Shown: positions 8,401-19,599 of the stretch, piece after piece
How the letters are laid out: the number at the start of each line of letters is the position of its first letter
How positions within the stretch are numbered: the stretch's first letter is position 1
IMG/VR virus record: IMGVR_UViG_3300008107_000208
Coordinates: 1 to 64,000 of that record
Length of the DNA stretch: 64,000 bases
Strand: one strand, 5' to 3'
From: an uncultured virus (IMG/VR IMGVR_UViG_3300008107_000208)
Taxonomy: Duplodnaviria; Heunggongvirae; Uroviricota; Caudoviricetes
Notes under the pieces: generated by a model
The model's database searches: none
What the model was told of the DNA's origin: nothing
Seen by the model: only the letters and a program-made list of their open reading frames with translations
Translations under genes and position numbers: made by a program

Positions 8401-11400
8401 TCCACAGGTTCCACAGGTGCTCAAGGTGCTGATGGAGCACAAGGATCTACAGGCTCTACAGGTGCTCAAGGTACAGCAGGAGCACAAGGATCTCAAGGAA
8501 CTGCTGGTGCACAAGGTACGGCAGGAGCACAAGGATCTACAGGTTCTACAGGTGCTCAAGGTGCTGATGGAAACTTTGGTGGTGCTGCTTTTGATTACAC
8601 ATTTGATAGTTCAACAGTAGATAGCGATCCAACACAAGGTAAATTAAGATTAAATCAAGTTGGAATAACAACAGCAAGTTATCTTTATATTCATAATGAT
8701 GATGATAATAATGTAGATATTACAAGTTATTTACAAACAATTGATGATTCAACTTCTAATATTAAGGGACATTTCACAATTGCACAAAAAGGAAATACTG
8801 CATATTTTGGATTATTTTCAATTGTAGGTCTTCATACTGAATATACAAATTACTTTGCAGTTCCTATTTCTTATGTTTCTGGTATTACGACATCATTTAC
8901 CAATAACCTTGATGTAATTATCACATTTGCTAGAACTGGTGATAAAGGAGATACAGGTGCACAAGGTTCTACCGGTTCCACTGGAGCACAAGGATCTACA
9001 GGTTCCACTGGAGCACAAGGATCTACAGGTTCCACTGGAGCACAAGGAACTGCTGGTGCTCAAGGTGCTGATGGATCTCAAGGTTCTACTGGTGTCACCG
9101 GTGCTCAAGGTTCCACAGGTGCCACTGGTGCTCAAGGTTCCACAGGTGCCACAGGTGCTCAAGGTGCTGATGGAGCACAAGGTTCAATAGGTGCCACCGG
9201 TGCTCAAGGTTCTACTGGTGTCACTGGTGCTCAAGGTTCTACTGGTGCTCAAGGTGCTGAAGGTGCTGAAGGTGCTCAGGGTGCTGAAGGTGCTCAAGGA
9301 ACCGCTGGTGCTCAAGGTTCCACAGGTGCTCAAGGTGCTGAAGGTGCTCAGGGTGCTGAAGGTGCTCAAGGAACCGCTGGTGCTCAAGGAACTGCTGGTG
9401 CTCAAGGATCTACAGGTGCTGAAGGTGCTCAAGGATCTACAGGTGCTGAAGGTGCTCAAGGAACCGCTGGTGCTCAAGGAACTGCTGGTGCTCAAGGTTC
9501 CACAGGTGCTACTGGTGCTGAAGGTGCTCAAGGAACCGCTGGTGCTCAAGGAACTGCTGGTGCTCAAGGTTCCACAGGTGCTACTGGTGCTGAAGGTGCT
9601 CAAGGTTCCACAGGTGCTACTGGTGCTGAAGGTGCTCAAGGAACCGCTGGTGCTCAAGGAACTGCTGGTGCTCAAGGTGCACAGGGTGCTGTTGGAGCAC
9701 AAGGAGCTGATGGTAACTTCGGTGGCGCTACATTTGACTATACTTTCTCTACAAACATTACTGCTAGTGACCCAGGAACTGGAATACTAAAGCTCAATAA
9801 CGCTACAGTTTCATCTGCTACGGTTCTATACATTGATGATGTTGACGATAACTCTACAGATATTCAGTCATTCTTAAGAACTATTGATGACTCTACTTCT
9901 ACTATTAAGGGTCACTTTAGAATTTCTAATAGACTGAATGCTGACGACTTTGCTCTGTTCACTATCTCTAGTGTGACTGAGAACACTGGATACTTCACAG
10001 TCAGTTGTGGATATGTATCTGGTAGTGCTTCTTCATTCAGTGATAGTGAAGACGTTATCATCACCTTTGCTAGGACTGGTGATAAAGGTGATGTAGGTGC
10101 TCAAGGATCTACAGGTGCTCAAGGTGCTCAAGGAACCGCTGGTGCTGAAGGTGCTCAAGGTGCTCAAGGTGCCACTGGATCTGGTGCTCAAGGTGCTCAG
10201 GGATCTACAGGTGCTCAAGGATCTATAGGTGCTCAAGGTGCCACTGGATCTGGTGCTCAAGGTGCTCAAGGAACCGCTGGTGCTGAAGGTGCTCAAGGTG
10301 CTCAAGGATCTACAGGTGCTCAAGGTGCCACTGGATCTGGTGCTCAAGGTGCTCAGGGATCTACAGGTGCTCAAGGATCTATAGGTGCTCAAGGATCTAC
10401 AGGTACTCAAGGTGCTCAAGGATCTACAGGTGCTCAAGGTGCCACTGGATCTGGTGCTCAAGGTGCTCAAGGAACCGCTGGTGCTGAAGGTGCTCAAGGT
10501 GCTCAAGGACCTGCAGGAGAGGGTGGCAGTGGATCTGGTGCTCAAGGTGCTCAAGGTGCTACTGGTGCTCAAGGTTTAGTAGGAGCACAAGGATCTACAG
10601 GTGCTCAAGGTGCTCAAGGATCTACAGGTGCTCAAGGATCTACAGGTGCTCAAGGTGCCACTGGATCTGGTGCTCAAGGATCTACAGGTGCTACTGGTGC
10701 TCAAGGATCTACAGGTGCTCAAGGTGCCACTGGATCTGGTGCTCAAGGATCTACAGGTGCTACTGGTGCTCAAGGATCTACAGGTGCTACTGGTGCTCAA
10801 GGTGCTCAAGGACCTGCAGGAGAGGGTGGCAGTGGATCTGGTGCTCAAGGTGCTCAAGGTGCTCAAGGTGCTCAAGGATCTACAGGTGCTCAAGGATCTA
10901 CAGGTACTCAAGGTGCTCAAGGATCTACAGGTGCTCAAGGATCTACAGGTGCTCAAGGTGCCACTGGATCTGGTGCTCAAGGTGCTCAAGGAACCGCTGG
11001 TGCTACTGGTGCTCAAGGTGCTCAAGGACCTGCAGGAGGGGGTGTCGGTGGCGGTGGAGAATTCATTTTAAGTGGTTCTTGTGGGACCATTTACAGTTCA
11101 GAAGCAGGAACTGGTGGCACTGGACTCAATAATTTCTTTGCTGGTTATTGTGCTGGTCAATCCAACACCAGTGGATCCTTTAACTTCTTTGCTGGACAAT
11201 GTGCTGGTGCCTGTAACACCACTGGATCCAATAACAACTTTATTGGACAAGGTGCTGGTGCCTGTAACACCACTGGATCCTTCAACAACTTCATTGGACA
11301 ATGTGCTGGTCGATGCAACAGCACTGGAACTAACAACAACTTCTTTGGACGATTTGCTGGATTCCGCAACACCATTGGAAACTACAACAACTTCATTGGA

Positions 11401-12657
11401 AATTATGCTGGTCGATACAACAGCACTGGAACTAACAACAACTTCATTGGATTTAGTGCTGGTTATAGCAACACCACTGGAACCTGCAACAACTTCATTG
11501 GACGATGTGCTGGTTTCAGCAACACCACTGGATCCAATAACAACTTCATTGGAGCTTATACTGGTCAATCCAACATCGGTGGAGCCAACAACAACTTCTT
11601 TGGATCTAATGCTGGTCGATGCAACACCAGTGGAACTCATAACTTCTTTGCTGGACAATGTGCTGGTTTCAGCAACACCAGTGGATCCTACAACAACTTC
11701 TTTGGACGATTTGCTGGTCGATGCAACACCAGTGGAGCCAACAACAACTTCTTTGGATCTAATGCTGGTCAATCCAACACCATTGGAACCTGCAACAACT
11801 TCATTGGACGACTTGCTGGATCCAACAACACCACTGGATCCAATAACACCTTCATTGGAGCTTATGCTGGTTTCGGCAACACCACTGGATCCAATAACAA
11901 CTTTATTGGATTTAGTGCTGGTTACTGCAACACCGGTGGATCCTTTAACTTCTTTGCTGGACGATGTGCTGGTTTCAGCAACACCACTGGATCCAATAAC
12001 AACTTTATTGGATTTAGTGCCGGTCAATGCAACACCACTGGAGCCTTTAACAACTTCATTGGACAATGTGCTGGATTCCGCAACACCAGTGGAACCTTTA
12101 ACATCTTCATTGGAGCTTATACTGGTATCTGCAACACCAGTGGATGCAACAACACCTTTATTGGACGTAATGCTGGTTACTGCAACACCACTGGAACTAA
12201 TAATCTTTTCTTCGGACAAAATGCTGGAACGGGTTCTACAGGACTTTGTAATGTTACAACAGAATCCAATTACATCATTATGGGTAACAACAGTCATGCA
12301 TGTGCTCTTATCCAGGTTGCTTGGACAGCAGTTTCTGATTGCCGTGACAAGTGCATTTTTGGACCTGTTCCTCATGGTAGAGGTTTCCTTCATAATATTA
12401 CTCCAATTGAATATGCCTTTAAGGACCGTGATACTGATGAATTAAAGGACATAGAAGGAAAGCGTAGGTATGGATTCAGTGCCCAGAATGTCCTTGAAGC
12501 AGAAGGAGAAAATCCTGTTATTGTAGACTCAAATGATCCAGAGCATCTCAAACTGACATCAGATCATATGATTCCAGTTCTTGTAAATGCAGTGAAGGAA
12601 TTATCAGAGGAAGTTGATGTATTAAAATCAAGATTGGATATATTGGAAAATTCGTGA
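5419..12657 (+). CDS. 2412-aa collagen-like tail fibre with 17-aa repeat head and C-terminal intramolecular chaperone (peptidase S74-like)
   Basis: Long G-X-Y tracts, three internal globular repeats, NxFxG repeats, SD.R.K...YGF.AQ...LVNAVKEL C-terminus. Confidence 0.9.
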   Translation: MAYFGKKPERLRGKVYDYNNQVGVAGSVLVSTGSSVEWTSSSSVVSLGIGTNRNAEFQQVNVSGVTTSAGGFVGNLTGTATTATNLSDAANITTGTINASRLSGSYDIDISGNAATADYADVSGISTYSTSAGIATYATTAGIATALQNSRTFEITGDVVASAISFDGTGNVSLAATIQPNSVGLGTDTTGDYVRDITGTANQITITGGTGEGSTPTLSIPNQFTVPQDIEVTRDLQVNRNLNVNGNITIGGTTATLLTSELKIYDPDIVLGFRTDAFGNDASNDNTANHGGIAVASTEGSPLVNLFIAGIETTPTTYKKIMWFKAGEFSGLGTDAWLSNYAVGIGSTQVPNGVRLAAGAVQFTERDLISVRNINSSGIITSDSGISVSNGGINITGVSTFVDSVKFNSTLKDYFGNVGAASSVLISTGSGIKWESIETAALQGAEGAQGTTGAEGAQGAVGDQGAQGAQGSTGAQGAQGSTGAEGAQGTAGAQGTAGAQGTAGAQGTAGAQGSTGAEGAQGAVGDQGAQGAQGTAGAQGTTGAEGAQGAQGSTGAQGAQGSTGAQGAQGSTGAQGAQGSTGAEGAQGAVGDQGAQGSTGAQGAQGTAGAQGAEGAQGAQGTAGAQGAEGAQGSTGATGAQGVQGADGNFGGATFDYTFSTNTTDSDPGTGTLKFSESPFSGALNLYIDYTDDNGTDIQSFLRTIDDSTSTIKGHFRISNRLDASDFALFTISSVTENTGYFDVSSSYVSGSATSFSNGEDVIITFARTGDKGDTGAQGTAGAQGSTGATGAQGPQGTAGAEGAQGAQGTAGAEGAQGAQGTAGAEGAQGTAGAQGAVGDQGAQGTAGAQGTAGAQGTAGAQGPQGTAGAEGAQGAQGATGSGAQGADGAQGSIGATGAQGSTGVTGAQGSTGAQGSTGVTGAQGNAGAQGSTGATGAQGSIGAQGSTGSTGAQGADGAQGSTGATGAQGSTGVTGAQGNAGAQGSTGSIGAQGSTGSTGAQGADGAQGSTGSTGAQGTAGAQGSQGTAGAQGTAGAQGSTGSTGAQGADGNFGGAAFDYTFDSSTVDSDPTQGKLRLNQVGITTASYLYIHNDDDNNVDITSYLQTIDDSTSNIKGHFTIAQKGNTAYFGLFSIVGLHTEYTNYFAVPISYVSGITTSFTNNLDVIITFARTGDKGDTGAQGSTGSTGAQGSTGSTGAQGSTGSTGAQGTAGAQGADGSQGSTGVTGAQGSTGATGAQGSTGATGAQGADGAQGSIGATGAQGSTGVTGAQGSTGAQGAEGAEGAQGAEGAQGTAGAQGSTGAQGAEGAQGAEGAQGTAGAQGTAGAQGSTGAEGAQGSTGAEGAQGTAGAQGTAGAQGSTGATGAEGAQGTAGAQGTAGAQGSTGATGAEGAQGSTGATGAEGAQGTAGAQGTAGAQGAQGAVGAQGADGNFGGATFDYTFSTNITASDPGTGILKLNNATVSSATVLYIDDVDDNSTDIQSFLRTIDDSTSTIKGHFRISNRLNADDFALFTISSVTENTGYFTVSCGYVSGSASSFSDSEDVIITFARTGDKGDVGAQGSTGAQGAQGTAGAEGAQGAQGATGSGAQGAQGSTGAQGSIGAQGATGSGAQGAQGTAGAEGAQGAQGSTGAQGATGSGAQGAQGSTGAQGSIGAQGSTGTQGAQGSTGAQGATGSGAQGAQGTAGAEGAQGAQGPAGEGGSGSGAQGAQGATGAQGLVGAQGSTGAQGAQGSTGAQGSTGAQGATGSGAQGSTGATGAQGSTGAQGATGSGAQGSTGATGAQGSTGATGAQGAQGPAGEGGSGSGAQGAQGAQGAQGSTGAQGSTGTQGAQGSTGAQGSTGAQGATGSGAQGAQGTAGATGAQGAQGPAGGGVGGGGEFILSGSCGTIYSSEAGTGGTGLNNFFAGYCAGQSNTSGSFNFFAGQCAGACNTTGSNNNFIGQGAGACNTTGSFNNFIGQCAGRCNSTGTNNNFFGRFAGFRNTIGNYNNFIGNYAGRYNSTGTNNNFIGFSAGYSNTTGTCNNFIGRCAGFSNTTGSNNNFIGAYTGQSNIGGANNNFFGSNAGRCNTSGTHNFFAGQCAGFSNTSGSYNNFFGRFAGRCNTSGANNNFFGSNAGQSNTIGTCNNFIGRLAGSNNTTGSNNTFIGAYAGFGNTTGSNNNFIGFSAGYCNTGGSFNFFAGRCAGFSNTTGSNNNFIGFSAGQCNTTGAFNNFIGQCAGFRNTSGTFNIFIGAYTGICNTSGCNNTFIGRNAGYCNTTGTNNLFFGQNAGTGSTGLCNVTTESNYIIMGNNSHACALIQVAWTAVSDCRDKCIFGPVPHGRGFLHNITPIEYAFKDRDTDELKDIEGKRRYGFSAQNVLEAEGENPVIVDSNDPEHLKLTSDHMIPVLVNAVKELSEEVDVLKSRLDILENS
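6748..11035 (+). repeat. Collagen-like G-X-Y coding repeats (GGTGCTCAA etc.) in four blocks
   Basis: 9-nt periodicity; triplets [15 protein letters not shown]. Confidence 0.95.
11122..12225 (+). repeat. About 21 tandem 51-nt (17-aa) repeats GxxNxFxGxxAGxxNTx
   Basis: Counted 21 N-[TSI]-x-G units at 51-nt spacing. Confidence 0.9.
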
Positions 12658-12697
12658 TATAATAGTCTCATACATACTGTATGATACGTGAGAATAT

Positions 12698-13339
12698 ATG
12701 AAAAAAGTTTTAATTGCTACACCATGCCTTGATCAAAAAGTTGATGCTTATTTTGTTCACAGTTTATGTGAATCTATTAAATTAGGAATCAAAAATGACT
12801 TAGATATTAGATGTGTTTTTTTAGCTAATGAAAGTATTCTTCCAATGGCTAGAAATGAGTTATTTAAATTATCTTATACTGATAATTATGATGTAATGGT
12901 GTTTATTGATGATGATGAATATTGGGATGAAAAAGCATTAATTGAAATTATTCAATCTGAAAAGGATGTTATAACAATACCTGTTGTGAATAAGGAAGAT
13001 AAAAAAATTAAATATAATGTATGGTTAAATAATGACATTCAAAAAGATACCGATGGATATATTAAAATTGAAAAATGTGGGACAGGATTTCTTAAATTGA
13101 CTCGTAAGGTTATTATTGATTTGTGGAATACAAACACAGAATTACTATTTCGTAACAGTCCTTTAAAAAATATTTGTGAATATACCTTTGAAAATGGAAG
13201 TTTTATCGGAGAGGATGTCGCATTAACTAGAAAAATAAAGGAATTGGGATATGATATTTGGTTAAATCCAAAACACACAGTATCACATATTGGAAATAAA
13301 ATATATAAAGGAAATTTTGAAAAGAGTTATAATTTATGA
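12698..13339 (+). CDS. GT-A-fold glycosyltransferase-like protein
   Basis: LIATP, ARN, FIDDD, GTGF, GED...H motifs. Confidence 0.75.
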   Translation: MKKVLIATPCLDQKVDAYFVHSLCESIKLGIKNDLDIRCVFLANESILPMARNELFKLSYTDNYDVMVFIDDDEYWDEKALIEIIQSEKDVITIPVVNKEDKKIKYNVWLNNDIQKDTDGYIKIEKCGTGFLKLTRKVIIDLWNTNTELLFRNSPLKNICEYTFENGSFIGEDVALTRKIKELGYDIWLNPKHTVSHIGNKIYKGNFEKSYNL

Positions 13340-14634
13340 TCGATCTCATTATTCCAACAATGTGGTTTGCAAATAAATTTGAAGAATCTTTGCAAACTTA
13401 TGTAAGTCATAACTCAATTAACAAAATTATTATCGTTGACAATAATAAATTAAAAAGACCATCTTATGAGATTTTAAATCACTCAAAAATTGAAATTATT
13501 TCATATGGTAAAAATATTTTTGTAAATCCTGCTTGGAATGAGGGATATTTTCGATCAAAATCTAAAATTATTGGAATATTAAATGATGATATTAAAGTGT
13601 CATCAGAAATATTTGATATGATTATTGATTTTAATCTTTCAAATGGAGATTTGATTGGTGTAAATTTACAGGGAAGGCAAAATAATTATAAAATTGATGA
13701 TTATATTGATACAAAAGAAGAGATTGTAAAATTAAATTATGATCCCACAAAACCTATTGGAGGTCAGTCGTGGGCATTCGGAATCTGTATGTTTATGTTA
13801 AGAGAATCATATAAAGTTATACCATCTCTATATCAAGTTTGGTATGGTGATGATTTTTTTGTACAATATGCAAAAAACATTTACGCGATTAATTCAAATA
13901 AAATTAAAGGAACTATTTCGGAAACACTTACAAAGTTTGAAGACCCCGACAGTGATATTTCAAAAAGAATTGAATTAGATTCAAAAAACTTGATATCATA
14001 TGATCATTTTATCAATGGAAAAAATTGGGAAATCCCACACAATATGATAAAACTTTATGAACATCAACGTAAAGATAAAAATATAAAATCAGGTGTATTT
14101 GATTTAGAGTATCAAAGAGCAAGGAAAATACCAAGTGATATCAACGAAAATGTTCATGAACTTTATGAATTAGCAAAAGAATGTAAGACCGTAGTGGAAA
14201 TGGGAGTTAGAACAGGAGTTAGTACTAGAGCATTTTTAAACACTAATGCTAAACTTTTTTCCTTTGATATCATATTAGATTCAAATGTTCAAAAACTTTT
14301 TGATCTTGCTAAACGACAAGGAAAATCTGCGGAATATATTCAAGCAGATGTTCTCGATATAGAAATTGAAGAGACTGATTTATTGTTTATTGATACTTTT
14401 CACATATATGATCAACTTAAACGGGAATTAAATCTTCACGGAAACAAGGCACAAAAATATATTGTATTTCATGACACATATACATTTGGTCTTAAAGGAG
14501 AAGATGGAAAAGATGATAAAGGATTGTTATCTGCGGTTATTGAGTTTGTAATGAAGAATCCACACTGGAAATTTTATAAGTATAAAACAAACAATAATGG
14601 ATTGACAGTTTTAAAAAGAGATGATATAATATAA
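13336..14634 (+). CDS. Glycosyltransferase family 2-like domain fused to SAM-dependent methyltransferase
   Basis: IIPT..IVDN..NDD..GDD N-domain; EMGVRTGVST..LFIDT.H..HDT C-domain. Confidence 0.8.
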   Translation: MIDLIIPTMWFANKFEESLQTYVSHNSINKIIIVDNNKLKRPSYEILNHSKIEIISYGKNIFVNPAWNEGYFRSKSKIIGILNDDIKVSSEIFDMIIDFNLSNGDLIGVNLQGRQNNYKIDDYIDTKEEIVKLNYDPTKPIGGQSWAFGICMFMLRESYKVIPSLYQVWYGDDFFVQYAKNIYAINSNKIKGTISETLTKFEDPDSDISKRIELDSKNLISYDHFINGKNWEIPHNMIKLYEHQRKDKNIKSGVFDLEYQRARKIPSDINENVHELYELAKECKTVVEMGVRTGVSTRAFLNTNAKLFSFDIILDSNVQKLFDLAKRQGKSAEYIQADVLDIEIEETDLLFIDTFHIYDQLKRELNLHGNKAQKYIVFHDTYTFGLKGEDGKDDKGLLSAVIEFVMKNPHWKFYKYKTNNNGLTVLKRDDII

Positions 14635-14694
14635 TGCACCATAAATTGATAATAATATTTTATAAGTAGACCCATTCAAGTTAATCATTCATTT

Positions 14695-15597
14695 ATGAAA
14701 TCAAAATATAGTATTTTTCATGTGCAGGGTGGTATTGGAAAACATATTGCGGCCACCGCAGTAGCAAAAGCAATTAAAGCAAATCACCCAGATCGTAAAT
14801 TAGTTATAGTCTGTGCATATGCAGATATTTTTATAAATCTTCCTTATGTTCATAGAGTTTATACCATAGGAACAACGCAGTATTTTTATCAAGAATATAT
14901 TCAAGATAAAGATTCTATTCTATTTCATAATGAACCATATTATACAACTAATCATATTCATAAACGTAAACGTTTAATTGAGAATTGGTGTGATATGTAT
15001 GGTATTAAATATTCTAGAGAAAGACCAGAAATAAGATTTAATAAACTTCAACAAAATATATCCAGAGAAGTTTGGAAACGAAAAAAACCAGTTATGATTA
15101 TTCATACTAACGGTGGAGTTATGACCACTGATTCGAAACCATATTCTTGGACAAGAGATATGCCATTTGATCTTGCAGAAAAACTTGTAGATTATTATAA
15201 ATCTGAATATCATATTATTCAACTTACAAAAGTTAATTCGCCAAAACTAGAAGGTGTCGAGCACATTTTTGCAACACCAGAAAAATCTTTATCTTTGATG
15301 GAATACTTTAGTATTGTTCTTCATGCTAAAAAAAGAATCTTAATTGATTCTTGTGTTCAACATGCTGCTGCCGCACTAAATAAAAAATCAACAGTTCTTT
15401 GGAATGGGACTAGTCCAAAAGTATTTGGATATGATCTGCATGATAATATCTCCACAACAGTTCCATATGATTTTAAATTACCGGGGAGTTATCTTTTTGA
15501 TTTTGACTTTGATGGTAATGAAGTTGAGTATCCTTATGAAGAGGGAACCGAACTGTTTGATTTTAATGAAATTGTTAAATCCGTTGATGCTCAGTAA
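14695..15597 (+). CDS. GT-B-fold (GT9-like) glycosyltransferase
   Basis: GGIGK N-terminal motif; IDS..QH.AAAL...VLW motif. Confidence 0.7.
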   Translation: MKSKYSIFHVQGGIGKHIAATAVAKAIKANHPDRKLVIVCAYADIFINLPYVHRVYTIGTTQYFYQEYIQDKDSILFHNEPYYTTNHIHKRKRLIENWCDMYGIKYSRERPEIRFNKLQQNISREVWKRKKPVMIIHTNGGVMTTDSKPYSWTRDMPFDLAEKLVDYYKSEYHIIQLTKVNSPKLEGVEHIFATPEKSLSLMEYFSIVLHAKKRILIDSCVQHAAAALNKKSTVLWNGTSPKVFGYDLHDNISTTVPYDFKLPGSYLFDFDFDGNEVEYPYEEGTELFDFNEIVKSVDAQ

Positions 15598-15606
15598 ATT
15601 AAGTCT

Positions 15607-16521
15607 ATGGTAGAACCAGTGCAAAAAACTTATTATTTTATGGCGGGACTTCCTCGCTCTGGAAGTACAATTTTATCTAGCATTTTAAATCAAAATCCAA
15701 GGTTTTATTCTGGTCCTAGTTCTCCTGTGACTGGGTTGATGATTATGTTAGAACAACAATTGTCTCAGGACGAGTTGTTTTTGGCATATCCAAAACCAGA
15801 ACAAGCATCAATGATTATTTCCAATATTATTCATCAATATTATTTTGATGTAAAAAAACCAGTAATTTTTGACAAGAATAGATCTTGGGTAAATCGAATT
15901 CATTACATTGAAGGTTACTTGGGAATTACACCAAAAATTATTTGTCCTGTTAGAAACATTGATGAAATTTTAGCATCTTTTATTTCGATGCATCGTCGTA
16001 ATCCATATGAAGTAAATGGAAAAATAAACTTTATTGATGATATGTTAGTTAAATCTAATATTTTATTAACGGATGATAATCGTTGTGAATTTCTTGTAAG
16101 TGAATCTGGAATTCTTGGACAAAGTTATTTGGGAATTCGTGATGTACTAACGAAAGGGCAGGAAAAATATTTGCATTTTGTTGAATATGATGATCTTGTT
16201 AGTTTTCCAGAAAAAACAATGAAGAAAATTTATGAGTTTCTTGATGAAGAATATTATGAACACGAATTTGATAATCTTATTAACATTAATGAGGAAAATG
16301 ATGCCTCTACTTATGGTTTAAGTGATATGCATTATGTTAGAAAGGAGTTGAAAAAAACTTCTTTATCTCCAAAAGAAATTCTTTCCGATGAAATCTTATC
16401 AAGATGTAAAGGACTTGAATTTTGGAGAGATCTTGAATCAATTGATTATGAAGATATTGAATTGAATATAAATGCAAATAATCAGGTCTTTGAAGATTCA
16501 AAAAACTTTATAGGAGCTTAA
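15607..16521 (+). CDS. Sulfotransferase family protein
   Basis: GLPRSGST PAPS-binding loop; VR....AS; YDDLV..P. Confidence 0.85.
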   Translation: MVEPVQKTYYFMAGLPRSGSTILSSILNQNPRFYSGPSSPVTGLMIMLEQQLSQDELFLAYPKPEQASMIISNIIHQYYFDVKKPVIFDKNRSWVNRIHYIEGYLGITPKIICPVRNIDEILASFISMHRRNPYEVNGKINFIDDMLVKSNILLTDDNRCEFLVSESGILGQSYLGIRDVLTKGQEKYLHFVEYDDLVSFPEKTMKKIYEFLDEEYYEHEFDNLININEENDASTYGLSDMHYVRKELKKTSLSPKEILSDEILSRCKGLEFWRDLESIDYEDIELNINANNQVFEDSKNFIGA

Positions 16522-16524
16522 AAA

Positions 16525-16794
16525 ATGGCAAGAACTCAAGAACAAATTTTGCAAACAATTACTGTAGCTAAAGATAGTGTTTGGGTGATTGAAGATGCTA
16601 TTGAAAAATTAGATGGTGGAGAAACGCCCTCCAAAGACTTAAAATCTAATATTGATCGTAATGTTGGACACCTTAAACTTGTTGTTACTGACCAAGAAAT
16701 TGTAGATTCTGGAGAAGATATTTCAGATCTAGAATCTGCAATTATAACTGGCGAAGCAAAACTTGCTGAAAACATTTGGTTAACTAATCTTTGA
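16525..16794 (+). CDS. Hypothetical protein
   Basis: ORF track; AGGAG RBS. Confidence 0.7.
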   Translation: MARTQEQILQTITVAKDSVWVIEDAIEKLDGGETPSKDLKSNIDRNVGHLKLVVTDQEIVDSGEDISDLESAIITGEAKLAENIWLTNL

Positions 16795-16817
16795 TGATGG
16801 GTGTACGTTCTCTTTAA

Positions 16818-16918
16818 GGTCTTCAAGATTCCTTGTATCTTTGGGAATGAAGACCCTCTCTGTGGTGGGAGAGGTGAGTTGGTGGTTAAAAAAGGAGAGT
16901 TTTATACTCTCTTTTTTT
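16818..16918 (+). ncRNA. Putative structured small RNA, copy 1, including terminator
   Basis: 59-nt core (16830-16888) 58/59 identical to 58905-58963; two hairpins; GAGAGT/ACTCTC-T7 terminator. Confidence 0.6.
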
Positions 16919-16920
16919 AT

Positions 16921-16949
16921 TTGACTTTATGTATGATATTGGTTATAAT
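16921..16949 (+). promoter_or_regulatory. sigma70-type promoter
   Basis: TTGACT-17 nt-TATAAT. Confidence 0.7.
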
Positions 16950-17005
16950 CCTTTAAGAATTCAAAGAAAAGATAAATAACTTGAAAGGAATATAGTGGTT
17001 AGATA

Positions 17006-18367
17006 ATGGCTCTAAACTTTCCAGATAGTCCATCAGTAAATGATATTTTTACATCTAGTAACTCCAGATGGATATGGAATGGAACATCTTGGGTTAGGCA
17101 GGGAACACCTGGAACTCAAGGTGCTCAAGGATCTACAGGTGCTCAAGGTGCTCAAGGATCTACAGGTGCTCAAGGTGCTCAAGGTGCTGTAGGGGATCAA
17201 GGTGCTCAAGGATCTACAGGTGCTGAAGGTGCTCAAGGTGCTCAAGGTTCAGTAGGAGCACAAGGATCTACAGGTGTACAAGGCACAGTTGGTGCTCAAG
17301 GTTCAGTAGGAGCACAAGGATCTACAGGTGCTCAAGGTGCTCAAGGTGCTCAAGGTGCTCAAGGTGCTCAAGGTGCTCAAGGAACCGCAGGTACATCAGG
17401 ATCTCAAGGTACTATAGGTGCTCAAGGTGCTCAAGGTGCTACTGGTGCTCAAGGAACCGCAGGTGCATCAGGATCTCAAGGTTCCACAGGTGCTCAAGGT
17501 GATGTAGGTGCTCAAGGTGCTCAAGGTGATGTAGGTGCTCAAGGATCTACAGGTGTACAAGGCACAGTTGGTGCTCAAGGTTCCACAGGTGCTCAAGGTG
17601 CTACTGGTGCTCAAGGTGCTACTGGTGCTCAAGGTTCAGTAGGAGCACAAGGATCTACAGGTGCTCAAGGTGCTCAAGGTTCCACAGGTGCTCAAGGTGC
17701 TCAAGGTTCCACAGGTGCTCAAGGTGCTCAAGGAACCGCAGGTACATCAGGATCTCAAGGTACTATAGGTGCTCAAGGTGCTCAAGGATCTACAGGTACT
17801 CAAGGTGCTCAAGGATCTACAGGTGCTCAAGGTGCTGTAGGTGCACAGGGTGCTGTTGGATCTCAAGGTACTTCTGGCGCTATAACTTTTGCATCAGGCA
17901 CTTTGATGTTATTCCAACAGACAGCAGCACCTACTGGTTGGACCAAACAAACAACTCATAATAATAAAGCACTTAGAGTAGTAAGTGGATCTGCAAGTTC
18001 TGGTGGTACGACCGCATTTACAAGTGTATTTGCTTCTAGGACACCATCTGGTTCTGTTTCGGTTTCTGGATCTAACTCTGGCGGTTCTGTAAGTAATACT
18101 ACACTAACCACTTCAGAGATGCCATCCCACAACCACTCATCAACATCTGGGCAATTTTTGCTTGATAATGGTGGAGGTGGTTCTCAAGGATTTGCCGGTG
18201 GTGGTACAATTGTTGGTCTCAGCCCAAATACCACATCAACTGGTGGTGGAAACTCTCACGGACACGGATTTACTAATCCATCTTGGTCTGGTTCAGCATC
18301 TTTTACAGGTACAGCAATGGACTTTGCTGTCCAATATGTTGACTTAATTATTGCTTCTAAAGACTAA
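17006..18367 (+). CDS. Collagen-like fibre with MALNFP N-terminal module and tail-collar-like C-terminus
   Basis: MALNFPDSP...[11 protein letters not shown] tract; GTLMLF.Q..APTGW...LT..EMPSHNH. Confidence 0.85.
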   Translation: MALNFPDSPSVNDIFTSSNSRWIWNGTSWVRQGTPGTQGAQGSTGAQGAQGSTGAQGAQGAVGDQGAQGSTGAEGAQGAQGSVGAQGSTGVQGTVGAQGSVGAQGSTGAQGAQGAQGAQGAQGAQGTAGTSGSQGTIGAQGAQGATGAQGTAGASGSQGSTGAQGDVGAQGAQGDVGAQGSTGVQGTVGAQGSTGAQGATGAQGATGAQGSVGAQGSTGAQGAQGSTGAQGAQGSTGAQGAQGTAGTSGSQGTIGAQGAQGSTGTQGAQGSTGAQGAVGAQGAVGSQGTSGAITFASGTLMLFQQTAAPTGWTKQTTHNNKALRVVSGSASSGGTTAFTSVFASRTPSGSVSVSGSNSGGSVSNTTLTTSEMPSHNHSSTSGQFLLDNGGGGSQGFAGGGTIVGLSPNTTSTGGGNSHGHGFTNPSWSGSASFTGTAMDFAVQYVDLIIASKD

Positions 18368-18392
18368 TACTGATATAATATAATTTTTAGAT

Positions 18393-18737
18393 ATGGCTAA
18401 AATTAAACCAGGAAACTTTTGTCCACTTATTAAGAAAGACTGCATTGGTCTTAAGTGTTCATGGTACACTCAGATGAGAGGTACTAATCCAAACACAGGA
18501 GAACCAGTTGATGAGTGGGGGTGTGCAGTAACTTGGATGCCTTTTATGGCAGTTGAAATAGCACAAAAATCAAATCAGACTGGAGCAGCAGTAGAGAGTT
18601 TTAGGAATGAAGTTGTGCGAGCAAACTATCAAAACCAAGAACTTTATAAAGAAGCACTTAAGCAACAAATTATTCCTGCACAAATTACACCACTCAATCA
18701 ACCTATAAATATCTTAGAAGAAGGTAAAGAAGAATGA
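18393..18737 (+). CDS. Cys-rich fibre-associated hypothetical protein
   Basis: CPL...C....C.W...WGCA motif; follows fibre gene. Confidence 0.7.
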   Translation: MAKIKPGNFCPLIKKDCIGLKCSWYTQMRGTNPNTGEPVDEWGCAVTWMPFMAVEIAQKSNQTGAAVESFRNEVVRANYQNQELYKEALKQQIIPAQITPLNQPINILEEGKEE

Positions 18738-19249
18738 GAATTACACTTATTCCAAGTGATAAAACAATTGGAATTGATAATGAGTTTTATCGTAATATTG
18801 AACAGGATTTTTCTTGGATTCCGTCAAATATTCATGCTGTTCAATGGTATGATACCTGGGGTGAGATTGAGTATATTGATGGATCTCCCAATAAAAGAAT
18901 TGAGGAGTTGGGTATTTTTGAACAGGCAGTTTTGGATTTTAATAATGAAAAGGAAAGAATTGATACTGAACTTGAGGCATTAAATAAAGAGAATGAGGAG
19001 AAAAAAATTTTAGAAGAATTGGCATTGGAAGCAGCAAGAAATTACTGGAAAGAATTTAGAAATATAAGAGATAGTCTTTTATCTAGATGTGATTGGACTC
19101 AATCTCCAGATTCCCCACTAACAGAAGAAAAGAAAGATGAGTGGGCAACATATCGTCAGATATTGCGAGATCTCCCAGTTATTATTAGTGATCCAAAACC
19201 AATGGTTAATGATTTAAATCACGAGAATTGGCCAACTAAACCAGATTAA
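18734..19249 (+). CDS. Tail fibre assembly chaperone-like protein
   Basis: RN.RD.LL..CDWTQ..D....W..YRQ.LRDLP...WP.KP. Confidence 0.8.
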   Translation: MRITLIPSDKTIGIDNEFYRNIEQDFSWIPSNIHAVQWYDTWGEIEYIDGSPNKRIEELGIFEQAVLDFNNEKERIDTELEALNKENEEKKILEELALEAARNYWKEFRNIRDSLLSRCDWTQSPDSPLTEEKKDEWATYRQILRDLPVIISDPKPMVNDLNHENWPTKPD

Positions 19250-19250
19250 T

Positions 19251-19568
19251 ATGATATTTTTTGATAATGATGTTTTTAAGTTAAGTGAGAAGTTGAATGT
19301 CACAACCATAAATTATGGTTTGACTGATATTAGTATACTTGATAATTTTTATTGTGATTTAGATGCGGTTAATTGTGAGATAGAAAAACTACCTATAACT
19401 TTAGTGGGTGGTCTTTACAAACCAGATAATGGTAAAAAATATATTGATGGTAGAAAAATTTATATTCAGAACATGAGGGGAACTGAACTACCATATCTAG
19501 TGAATGATCAGTTAAAAAAAGTAGTTTCAAAAATTTCAAAAAATAGTTTGACTGAACCAACTACATAA
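19251..19568 (+). pseudogene. Probably 3'-truncated 2OG-Fe(II)/DUF6445-like gene
   Basis: ILDNFY N-terminal motif as in 22977-23561 but no HxD...H core; runs into the next promoter. Confidence 0.45.
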
Positions 19569-19576
19569 GGTATAAT
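19548..19576 (+). promoter_or_regulatory. sigma70-type promoter of glycosylation operon
   Basis: TTGACT-17 nt-TATAAT. Confidence 0.75.
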
Positions 19577-19599
19577 ACTTCTATATCACCTTTACTTGA

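Noticed and set aside
6742..11071. Many alternative-frame and antisense ORFs (LKVLK..., STLST...) over collagen tracts, also near 17033, 49464, 52404 and 55396-56086
   Set aside because: Shadow frames of 9-nt repeats lacking stop codons; no RBS or independent signal
11122..12225. Possible CRISPR array
   Set aside because: Contiguous in-frame coding repeats with no unique spacers, leader or cas genes
11072..12445. 457-aa +strand and 431-aa -strand ORFs over the 51-nt array
   Set aside because: Explained by the stop-free repeat unit; only the main frame continues into the S74-like chaperone
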